The notes below the pieces were generated by a model. It ran no database searches. It was not told the origin of the DNA and saw only the letters and a program-made list of their open reading frames with translations. DNA of 51,940 nt from Minisyncoccia bacterium (lineage in GTDB: Bacteria > Patescibacteriota > Minisyncoccia > 2-02-FULL-40-12 > IGHO2-01-FULL-4-A): assembly GCA_041499075.1 (NCBI GenBank), contig JBGQJN010000002.1, positions 1-51,940 on the forward strand, given 5' to 3'. The translations under genes were made by a program, and so were the position numbers. Numbering within the stretch: position 1 is the stretch's first letter; each line of letters starts with the position of its first letter. Positions 7,464 to 14,469 of the stretch are shown in pieces.

Positions 7464-8755
7464 TATTTAACTTGAGGCAGGCCGAAACCTGAAACGTTGT
7501 CGTCTCCAACTGGCGCTATATCGTTGGCCAGAGAATGTAGGAAGTCGCGTGTTTCTTGCGCCGCTTTGACTGGATCCGGATCGGATTGCCAGTATTTGGC
7601 GGCGAGTCCGGCCACGAATGGTGAAGCCATTGAAGTGCCTGAAAGGATAGCATAACTGCCGTTATTCCAAGTAGACTCTATATATTCACCGGGTGCGGTA
7701 AATTCAACATCCCCATCCTCAACGATGAAAGGCGTGCTAGTTGAATTGATGCCGCGGGAACTCCAATTAGTTACGGATTGTTTTTGGTTTATCGCTCCGA
7801 CGGCTATGACTGAAGCGTAGGCGGCCGGATAGTCAATGCTGTCAGTGAACGGACCATCATTACCTGCAGCCGCAACCATAAGCACACCATGAGATGTGGC
7901 ATAATTAACGGCGTCAAGTATCAGAGGCGATCCCTGGTCAGAACCGAAGCTCATATTTATCACGTTTGAGCCTTGATCGGCGGCCATGTATATGGCCGCG
8001 GCGATATCGTCAGCATAGCAAGAACCGTCAGTGTCACAAACCTTATAAGCAAAAATTTTGGATTCCGGCGCTACCCCGTAAATACCCTTATTGTCTGTAC
8101 CGGCGTCAGCAGAGATTATTCCGGCAACATGTGTGCCGTGACCGTTAGTATCATCGCATTTATTATCGATCAGTGGGAAATTAAGGCTGGTGAAATCTTC
8201 ACATTGGGCAATACGTGACTTTAGATCGTGGTGATCGGTATAAATACCGGTGTCCAATACCGCGACATTAATTCCGGCTCCGCCTGAAGTCGAGGCAATC
8301 AGAGGGTCGTCATACATTGTTTCTATGCCCCATGGAGTTTGATCGGAGGGGAAATAACGCACAGTTTTATTTGCGGTTATAATACTCTTGGGAGTAGGGA
8401 TTTCAGTCGGTGGCGGCGTTGCCGTAGGACTTGGATCTGGCGTGGTATTGATCGGAGAAACAGTAGTATCAAGCGGATCGGTAGAAGATGAAGCGGCTTT
8501 ATCCGGCAGTATCTGGAGAACTCCGACTGGTTCAACATCTAGTCCAAACACCTTGGCTAAACGTACCTGAAAATCTGACAAGTTAGCACTGAAACCGTTG
8601 GCAAAATTATGCCTTACGCCCAAAGCGCTCTTCCAAAACCCCTTGGTCGTTTTGACGAAATATCTGCCATTATCCGCTGAAGCGTGGGCAGATGATATTA
8701 AAGTCAGAAAAACGACTGAGAGTAAACAAAAAACCAGTTTTTTAGTAGTCAGCAT
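7463..8755 (-). CDS. Secreted subtilisin-like serine protease (peptidase S8)
   Basis: Catalytic triad motifs VAVLDTGI (Asp), HGTHVAGII (His) and GTSMASPFVAGLAA (Ser). Start set at MLTTKKLVFCLL (signal peptide), which avoids overlap with the upstream gene. A PT-rich linker follows the propeptide-like region. Confidence 0.85.
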   Translation of the reverse strand: MLTTKKLVFCLLSVVFLTLISSAHASADNGRYFVKTTKGFWKSALGVRHNFANGFSANLSDFQVRLAKVFGLDVEPVGVLQILPDKAASSSTDPLDTTVSPINTTPDPSPTATPPPTEIPTPKSIITANKTVRYFPSDQTPWGIETMYDDPLIASTSGGAGINVAVLDTGIYTDHHDLKSRIAQCEDFTSLNFPLIDNKCDDTNGHGTHVAGIISADAGTDNKGIYGVAPESKIFAYKVCDTDGSCYADDIAAAIYMAADQGSNVINMSFGSDQGSPLILDAVNYATSHGVLMVAAAGNDGPFTDSIDYPAAYASVIAVGAINQKQSVTNWSSRGINSTSTPFIVEDGDVEFTAPGEYIESTWNNGSYAILSGTSMASPFVAGLAAKYWQSDPDPVKAAQETRDFLHSLANDIAPVGDDNVSGFGLPQVK

Positions 8756-8792
8756 ATTGTAAATTGAGTATAGCACAGTAATGGTTTGAACA

Positions 8793-10130
8793 TCAAACCT
8801 TATCAACACTTGCAAGTAGAGCCATGGTCATCCAAAAAATGAAACTTCCCTGCTGGGTGGTCAATAGGAAGTGATCAAAAAGTCCCATTGCAAGCAGTGA
8901 CAGGCCGAATGTGAGAAATGAGAACGAACGGAGTTTAGAGAAGTCAACCCGCCTGACAAACCGCCAGAAAGTAAAAAATAAAAAGAGCAAGAATACAGCC
9001 AAGCCCAGCAAACCGGTTTCGCTAGCGATTAAGAGATAGATATTGTGATCCGGCTGGTAAAGTCCCGGCGGCAGATATTTGAATTTTGACATCATATCGG
9101 GCACGAACTGTCCCAGACCGATACCGGTCAGAGGGTGAGAAGCGGTTACGGATTCGGCAACTTGATTGTAAAAAACCCTTTGAGTAACGGCCTCTTCTTC
9201 GGCCGAGATGTGAACCCTTGATTTAACTTGCGGCCAGTAGAGTAAACAGAATAAAATACTGACTGCCACGGAAACAGACAAGATTATTATTACTTTACTT
9301 TTGATCTCTGATATTTTTTGTCTGTAGTTTCTGCGGCTGAAAGACAATACTAATTGTATAACGATCCCAACACCAAAAAGCACGATAATTACTCTTGAAA
9401 AAGTCAGTAAAAAAGCAAAAAGTATCGCCGCATAAATCAGTAACCAAGGTATTTCGTGGAGGATATTCTTGGGAATGCTTCCAGGTTTGCTCTGTCGGAG
9501 AATGTAATAAAAATAGAAACTGAAAATTGCCGTAAAAAGCCAAGCCGCCAAGATATTCGGATGAGGCGTACTGCCGTAAGCGCGCAGATATCTGTGCGTA
9601 TCAGCGATGAAAACGGCTATACCCTGGGCAGTGACTGAAAGCGGGCTTTCACCAAGCAAACGCAAACCTAAGCTTCCCTGTTTGAGATATTGGGCAATGC
9701 CAATCAGTGCCTGGAGAAATCCGGAAGCAATAATAACTAGGGATGCCTTTTTTAATTCATAAGTCTTACCAAAATTAACCGTCAGATAAAAATAAAATCC
9801 GGTGAATTCAGCGAGCTTGAGCAGTTGATACCAAGAAAGGCTGTTTATATGGGAATTGATAATTGATAACGCTGAAAAAACAAAAAAGATAGACAGCCAA
9901 AATCCCGGGAAGAGCGTGATTTTATTAAAATCCAGTTTCGGCAGTTGACGGGTTCGCCATATCCAGAGAAGAAATAACAAGCCAAGGAGGATATCCGTTC
10001 CGTAGAGATAGGCCGAAGTCCACTGGCTGAAAGGCTGTGTCCAGCTGTGTAAAACCAGCCGAGATTGTATCGGTATTGAAAAAACCAGAAGATAAAAAAC
10101 CAGCCGCTCTGGATTTTTGAGTAATTTCAT
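8793..10130 (-). CDS. O-antigen ligase/polymerase-like (Wzy_C family) polytopic membrane protein
   Basis: More than 10 hydrophobic segments. A large loop is followed by a PDHNIYLLIASETGLLG motif typical of the family. Confidence 0.7.
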   Translation of the reverse strand: MKLLKNPERLVFYLLVFSIPIQSRLVLHSWTQPFSQWTSAYLYGTDILLGLLFLLWIWRTRQLPKLDFNKITLFPGFWLSIFFVFSALSIINSHINSLSWYQLLKLAEFTGFYFYLTVNFGKTYELKKASLVIIASGFLQALIGIAQYLKQGSLGLRLLGESPLSVTAQGIAVFIADTHRYLRAYGSTPHPNILAAWLFTAIFSFYFYYILRQSKPGSIPKNILHEIPWLLIYAAILFAFLLTFSRVIIVLFGVGIVIQLVLSFSRRNYRQKISEIKSKVIIILSVSVAVSILFCLLYWPQVKSRVHISAEEEAVTQRVFYNQVAESVTASHPLTGIGLGQFVPDMMSKFKYLPPGLYQPDHNIYLLIASETGLLGLAVFLLFLFFTFWRFVRRVDFSKLRSFSFLTFGLSLLAMGLFDHFLLTTQQGSFIFWMTMALLASVDKV

Positions 10131-10134
10131 AACG

Positions 10135-11106
10135 CTACGGACGGAGTGCTTTCTTAAAATCTTCGATCATTTTGTTATCCTCCGGATCTACCGCATAGTA
10201 CTCCGCCAGATGAAAGGAAGTGGCTAAGGCAGTAAGTATGCCCGCAAAAGACTTATGCCATAATGATGGGCCGTTAAGCTCGGCGTTCAAAACCGTGAGT
10301 CCCATTTCCTCAAAAATTTTAGCTGTTGCCGACATCCTTTTTTGTATACTTGTTTTGTCGTCAGGGTCATTCAGAAAAACGAAAGCAAATTTGTCAGACA
10401 GATTAGCACCTTTGGCCCTTAAGCCAAAGCCGCTCATTTCATTGTGGTTTAGTTCGGGGAAAGTGTTAAAAAATGCCGGAATCTTGCTGGTTTCATTAAG
10501 ATTTATTTTCCAGTAATAAGCCAAGCCGAGGTTGCGATTAGAAGAGTATATTACGGGGATTTTGTTTTTCAGACCATCTGTCAGACTTTGAGTCGACTGT
10601 TCGTAAGTATCAATATTAAACCTGTCACCCATTTCGGCAATATCTATAAGTATGGATTCCTTACTCATGGCTTTGAGCGTGGCTTTAATGCTCAAGATGA
10701 AAGCAAATCTGGGCTCAATTGCGATTTTCGGCATTTGGATAAAAGGCAATCCCCTTTCTTTGGCCAGTTCAAGCACCTTGCCGGCGGCGGCGATAGCGAT
10801 TATCGGCAAGTTTCGGGCCAGAGCTTCCTCGAAAGCACTTATGGTTTCGGCTGTATTGCCCGAGTACGAACTTACAATGACCAATCTGCCGGCGAACTCT
10901 TTTTCTTCCAATGCCGGCAAACCAAAATCTCTGTGCATTATGACATCAAGCTTTGGCTGCCAGTCCTTGATGATTCCCGCCGCTAGATTTGATCCGCCCA
11001 TGCCGCAGACTATGAATTTTTTATGCGAAGTAAAACCAGCCAGATTTTCTATAACAGGTTCATAAGTAAATTGCTTGGCAATTTTTTTTAGGATGTCAGA
11101 CGTCAT
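10135..11106 (-). CDS. Bifunctional phosphoglucose/phosphomannose isomerase (SIS domain, archaeal-type PGI/PMI)
   Basis: VCGMGGSNLAAG and SSYSGNTAETISAFEEA SIS motifs. At 323 aa the length is typical of the family. Confidence 0.75.
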   Translation of the reverse strand: MTSDILKKIAKQFTYEPVIENLAGFTSHKKFIVCGMGGSNLAAGIIKDWQPKLDVIMHRDFGLPALEEKEFAGRLVIVSSYSGNTAETISAFEEALARNLPIIAIAAAGKVLELAKERGLPFIQMPKIAIEPRFAFILSIKATLKAMSKESILIDIAEMGDRFNIDTYEQSTQSLTDGLKNKIPVIYSSNRNLGLAYYWKINLNETSKIPAFFNTFPELNHNEMSGFGLRAKGANLSDKFAFVFLNDPDDKTSIQKRMSATAKIFEEMGLTVLNAELNGPSLWHKSFAGILTALATSFHLAEYYAVDPEDNKMIEDFKKALRP

Positions 11107-11146
11107 TGATTATATTATTTCAATAAACAGAATTCTTTGCAACCGG

Positions 11147-12226
11147 TTAATTGCCGGGTTTAGGTATGAATGGCCGAGCAGAAGACCAGTCACCATCAAA
11201 AGTATTCTCAAGCGATGAAACAATTTCAGGTTTGGAAAACAGAATGCCAAGTTCTCGATTGGATTGCAGGGATTGTGTTGAAAAATTTTCTGAACCGACA
11301 AAAGCTCTGGTACTATCGGCAATAATAACTTTGGCGTGAATGTAAAATTTGGCACTTGAAGCATAAGTGCGCAGATTGACTCCTTTGACGGTAAGTTTGG
11401 CAAAAGCATTTTTCCAGGTCGTAGCGTAGGTCATGGTTATTCTAACTTGAACGCCGCGATTGGCGGCTGACTCGAGTGCCTGAATAATACGCTGATCAGC
11501 CATCTCTTCGTTGTAAATATCCAGTGATCTTGAAGCCGAGCCGATCAAAGCCAGCAAAGTATCGGCAGATTCTGGACTCCAGACTAGATCATCGCCATTG
11601 CCGGCTTTGACTCCCAAACCCTGCCAATCCGAATCAAAGGCATTCTCAATGGCGGTGACGTCATTTTTATCATCATCGACAATGCCGAAATCACGGCCGG
11701 AATCGTAATAACGCGGCATGAGATTGAATGTCATAATGAGTGCCCAGGCGTTATCAATGACTAATGTTTTCTGGTGAGTTATCGGGAAGTAGCTTGGTGC
11801 CCATCGAACCGGTACGCCCTGTCCGTGGAGATAATCATAGGTTGTCTGATTTGGGCGATTGCCAAAATGCGAACTGTTATCCAGGATCACACGCACCGAT
11901 ACGCCGCGTTTTTCCGCATCCGCCAGCGCCTGTTCAATAGCCTGGTCGTCAAGTTCATAAATCACAAGATCAACTGATTGATGAGCTTGGCCTATGGCAT
12001 AGGACAAAAAAGACATGCCCTGATCAGGCTCAGTAATGAGAGAAAGGGGTGTTTGCGGCGAAAGACTTGTGATTTCAGCAAGACCGCTCTTGCTGTTATC
12101 GTCGCCAAGCGGCATTAGCCGATGGTAACTCGGCCAGAAATACGCCGCTGCAGCCGCAAATACGCCAATAATCGCGAATTTTATTATGCCTTCTGTTTTT
12201 ATGCTTTTCATATGTGACAAGATCAA
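11147..12226 (-). CDS. Phospholipase D-family protein with two HKD motifs and an N-terminal membrane anchor
   Basis: HQKTLVIDNAWALIMTFN and HAKVIIADSTRAFVGSENFS (HxK..D..GSxN). Confidence 0.8.
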   Translation of the reverse strand: MILSHMKSIKTEGIIKFAIIGVFAAAAAYFWPSYHRLMPLGDDNSKSGLAEITSLSPQTPLSLITEPDQGMSFLSYAIGQAHQSVDLVIYELDDQAIEQALADAEKRGVSVRVILDNSSHFGNRPNQTTYDYLHGQGVPVRWAPSYFPITHQKTLVIDNAWALIMTFNLMPRYYDSGRDFGIVDDDKNDVTAIENAFDSDWQGLGVKAGNGDDLVWSPESADTLLALIGSASRSLDIYNEEMADQRIIQALESAANRGVQVRITMTYATTWKNAFAKLTVKGVNLRTYASSAKFYIHAKVIIADSTRAFVGSENFSTQSLQSNRELGILFSKPEIVSSLENTFDGDWSSARPFIPKPGN

Positions 12227-12317
12227 AATTAGAAGCAGTCTCTAAGCTATCAGAATCAATGCTCTGTTGCCAATATTTAAGAAAATCAAAAAGGACCATC
12301 TCTGGTCCCCAGGTTTA

Positions 12318-12755
12318 CTACGGGTTAATTCTGTTGATAAAATATTGCCTTTCTAATTTAGAAGTCAGGGTTGGGATCGGTTTTACGCTGTAACTCATTG
12401 TTAGTTTGTAGTGGTACCTTTTTCCAGAAGGCTTATATGATTCTATCCAATAGGCATCTTTGACGTCTCCCGAGTGAAAAATCATAATAGGAAGGCCCAT
12501 TTTACTTGGCTCAGGATGTTTATGCATCGGTCGGTCTTGCCAATAAATATCGCCGTTGAGCCATAGGCAACCGGGAGTCGCCGTTAACCATTGTGGTGCG
12601 ACAACAGCTCTGACTTTATCAAGTCTCAAAACACCGCTCTCTCCGTTGGTTAAAACTAATTTTCTGGAGGAAGGGTTAAAAACTAAAAGCCATAATAGTA
12701 ATGCACAAATGGCCGTAATAACTAAACAACCTAATATGAAAAGTATCATATTCAT
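12318..12755 (-). CDS. Hypothetical membrane-anchored protein (145 aa)
   Basis: N-terminal TM helix, an AGGAGA RBS, and its own promoter upstream. Confidence 0.6.
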   Translation of the reverse strand: MNMILFILGCLVITAICALLLWLLVFNPSSRKLVLTNGESGVLRLDKVRAVVAPQWLTATPGCLWLNGDIYWQDRPMHKHPEPSKMGLPIMIFHSGDVKDAYWIESYKPSGKRYHYKLTMSYSVKPIPTLTSKLERQYFINRINP

Positions 12756-12780
12756 CTCCTAGTTGTTAAGGAATAATACA

Positions 12781-12809
12781 ACAATAGCACCCGCAAGTGC
12801 TATTGTCAA
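12781..12809 (-). promoter_or_regulatory. Sigma70-type promoter (TTGACA-17 nt-TATTGT) with an upstream A-tract
   Basis: -35 at 12804-12809 and -10 at 12781-12786 (- strand) with a 17-nt spacer. It precedes the RBS and ATG of the 145-aa gene. Confidence 0.55.
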
Positions 12810-12853
12810 TTTTTTAGCGGGCCTGCCCGCCGTAACTCGCTTCGGCGAGCGAA

Positions 12854-12991
12854 GGCGGGAGTGCTAGGAATCTCACTCGCAAATCCTCAACCGGGTGGAC
12901 TCGGATTTGCTCTTGGAAACCAAGCGGTTTCCAACTTCCTCCTCGGGGAAACACCCAGTTTCCCCGACCCCTTCTCGTTCGAATCCTAGCA
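12854..12991. ncRNA. Candidate structured RNA or miniature element abutting tRNA-Trp (copy 1); strand unresolved
   Basis: No ORF. A closing helix encloses three hairpins. The termini copy the tRNA-Trp T-arm and 3' acceptor strand. It is homologous to 13754-13894, with complementarity kept where helix sequence differs. Confidence 0.45.
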
Positions 12992-13045
12992 AAATCTTCA
13001 CAGTTATCAAAATGAACTACCGAACAGCAGTTCATTTTGATATTG

Positions 13046-13116
13046 CGGGAGTGCTAGGATTCGAACCTAGATACCTGGTTTTGGAGACCAGAGTCTTGCC
13101 ATTGGACGACACTCCC
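13046..13116 (-). tRNA. tRNA-Trp (anticodon CCA)
   Basis: Cloverleaf read by hand: acceptor GGGAGTG/CACTCCC, anticodon arm CTGGT-CTCCAAA-ACCAG, T-arm CTAGG-TTCGAAT-CCTAG, discriminator G. CCA is not encoded. Confidence 0.9.
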
Positions 13117-13118
13117 AA

Positions 13119-13195
13119 GGCGGAGCGATACATTCGGCCTGTACATTCATGCTACTGCATTCAGTATTTCCTCGCCTACACTCGTCAACTATTTC
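13119..13195. repeat. rpmG/tRNA-Trp spacer, homologous to 6746-6809 (copy A)
   Basis: Same conserved blocks as copy B, with an extra internal segment. It starts at the rpmG stop codon and ends 2 nt before the tRNA-Trp 5' end. Confidence 0.55.
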
Positions 13196-13347
13196 TTGCT
13201 TTCCTTGTGCACTGTGTGTGCACGGCAATGTTTGCAGAATTTCTTCAACTCAATCAGACGCGTGACTAATTTCTTATTCTTAGTGGAAAAATAGTTAACA
13301 CGCTTGCATTTCTCGCACTTCAATTTTATTAAACTATCCTGACTCAT
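13189..13347 (-). CDS. rpmG: 50S ribosomal protein L33
   Basis: 52-aa ORF absent from the track (under 60 aa): MSQDSLIKLKCEKCKRVNYFSTKNKKLVTRLIELKKFCKHCRAHTVHKESKK. It has the CxxC...CxxC zinc ribbon typical of L33 and sits in a tRNA cluster. Confidence 0.85.
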   Translation of the reverse strand: MSQDSLIKLKCEKCKRVNYFSTKNKKLVTRLIELKKFCKHCRAHTVHKESKK

Positions 13348-13362
13348 ATTGTTTAGTTAGCT

Positions 13363-13437
13363 TGGAGCCGACGGTGAGAATTGAACTCACGACCTACTCC
13401 TTACCATGGAGTTGCTCTGCCGCTGAGCTACGTCGGC
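13363..13437 (-). tRNA. tRNA-Thr (anticodon GGU), CCA encoded
   Basis: Acceptor GCCGACG/CGTCGGC, anticodon arm ACTCC-ATGGTAA-GGAGT, T-arm GTGAG-TTCAATT-CTCAC, then TCCA. Confidence 0.9.
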
Positions 13438-13482
13438 ATGTTTAGCTAAAGATTTATTTTTTTAGTTTCTTATAGAATAAAA

Positions 13483-13737
13483 TTATAGTAAACTGCGCAA
13501 TCTTTTTTGGGCTAGTTCATATGCATGTTTGGTTAATTCTTCCATAGCTTCCACCTCACCCCAAAGCTCTCTGCTTAAATTTGATAAATCGGCTGGATCG
13601 TGATTTTGTCTGATATTTTCTAAAAGTTCAGAAATCGTTTTCTGTCTCATACCGATCAGTTCCATGGTAAATTCAAAATCTTGTTGTAATTCTTCTGAAC
13701 TTGGCTTTTCTTTTTCCTTCTTGTCTTCTAATGACAT
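13483..13737 (-). CDS. Hypothetical acidic helical protein (84 aa)
   Basis: ORF located between element copy 2 and tRNA-Thr. No recognisable domain and no clear RBS. Confidence 0.45.
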   Translation of the reverse strand: MSLEDKKEKEKPSSEELQQDFEFTMELIGMRQKTISELLENIRQNHDPADLSNLSRELWGEVEAMEELTKHAYELAQKRLRSLL

Positions 13738-13753
13738 GGAATTTTGTTATTGC

Positions 13754-13894
13754 TGTGAGGGCGGTAGGAATCTTGCGCGTGAGCGCTCAACCCAGTGGAC
13801 TCACGCTCACTTTTAAAAACCTTGCGGTTTTAATATTTCCACAACGGGAAAACTGTTGTTTTCCCGACACCCTTTCCTTGTGCAAATCCTACCA
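13754..13894. ncRNA. Candidate structured RNA or miniature element abutting tRNA-Tyr (copy 2); strand unresolved
   Basis: Same four-helix layout as copy 1, at the same spacing. The termini copy the tRNA-Tyr T-arm and 3' acceptor strand. Confidence 0.45.
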
Positions 13895-13949
13895 TATCTC
13901 TCAATAATTGAAAACTAAAAGCCCATAAATAGGCTCTAGTTTTCAAATG

Positions 13950-14033
13950 TGGGGGCGGTAGGATTTGCACCTACGTAGGCACAAGGCCAGCAGATTTACA
14001 GTCTGCCCTCGTTGACTGCTTGAGTACACCCCC
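13950..14033 (-). tRNA. tRNA-Tyr (anticodon GUA), class II with long variable arm
   Basis: Acceptor GGGGGTG/CGCCCCC, anticodon arm GCAGA-CTGTAAA-TCTGC, long variable arm, T-arm GTAGG-TGCAAAT-CCTAC, discriminator A. CCA is not encoded. Confidence 0.9.
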
Positions 14034-14056
14034 GATATGACTTAATGTTTGTCAAT

Positions 14057-14356
14057 CTATTCTACGATTAAATCTTCTGGTAAAAATTGATGCTTCCTCG
14101 AATTCTCTGGTATATCGTCGTCACCTTCATAAGTGACGGATATGGAACCACCCAATTCAACTTTTTCTACGGTTGCTCTATAACTAGCAAGAAAACTAGG
14201 ATCATCATTCTCAATCGGTAAACCAACCTCTTTTTCTTTAAAATCTAGTAGTTTTTGCCGACCGATTTCGCTTAATCTAACGCGAGAACCAACCTTAATA
14301 GTGCGTCCATTTTTATCTTTAAATTCGGTATCGGGTTATTCGCGATGGCTAATCAT
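14057..14356 (-). pseudogene. Uncalled ORF with an in-frame TAA at codon 7 (possible pseudogene or mis-started gene)
   Basis: ATG at 14356 and TAA at 14336-14338. A further 92 protein-like codons follow in the same frame (PDTEFKDKNGRTIKVGSRVRLSEIGRQKLLDF...PEDLIVE) to the TAG at 14057-14059. There is no in-frame ATG/GTG/TTG start near the 5' end. Confidence 0.35.
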
Positions 14357-14395
14357 TTCATAATAGAGTTACTTTCTCGCTTACGTTTGCCGGTG

Positions 14396-14467
14396 AGCCA
14401 GCGGTCGGGATTGAACCGACGACCTACTGTTTACAAAACAGTTGCTCTGCCACTGAGCTACGCTGGC
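14396..14467 (-). tRNA. tRNA-Thr (anticodon UGU)
   Basis: Acceptor GCCAGCG/CGCTGGC, anticodon arm ACTGT-TTTGTAA-ACAGT, T-arm GTCGG-TTCAATC-CCGAC, discriminator T. CCA is not encoded. Confidence 0.9.
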
Positions 14468-14469
14468 AT

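Noticed and set aside
10588-11065. 132- and 137-aa + strand ORFs
   Set aside because: They are antisense to the well-supported PGI/PMI gene. They have no RBS or domain signal.
12787-12803. Hairpin ATAGCAC-CCGCAA-GTGCTAT considered as a terminator for the element or tRNA-Trp
   Set aside because: It coincides exactly with the 17-nt spacer of a TTGACA/TATTGT promoter for the 145-aa gene. The T-run on the + strand is offset from the stem. The promoter reading is more economical.
12854-12991. T-box-like riboswitch interpretation of the tRNA-adjacent elements
   Set aside because: On the - strand the P4 loop of copy 1 contains the Trp codon UGG, but copy 2 has no Tyr codon at the equivalent position. 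There is no T-box consensus or antiterminator. The downstream 145-aa gene has its own promoter (12781-12809).
13007-13040. The 12-bp A/U-flanked hairpin after tRNA-Trp as an independent feature such as a small RNA
   Set aside because: It is best explained as a bidirectional terminator or processing hairpin. An analogous hairpin follows tRNA-Tyr (13908-13946). Both are reported as part of the tRNA-linked unit.
12814-13269. Track ORFs 12814-13035 (-) and 12895-13269 (+)
   Set aside because: They overlap tRNA-Trp, the structured element and rpmG, and so are spurious.
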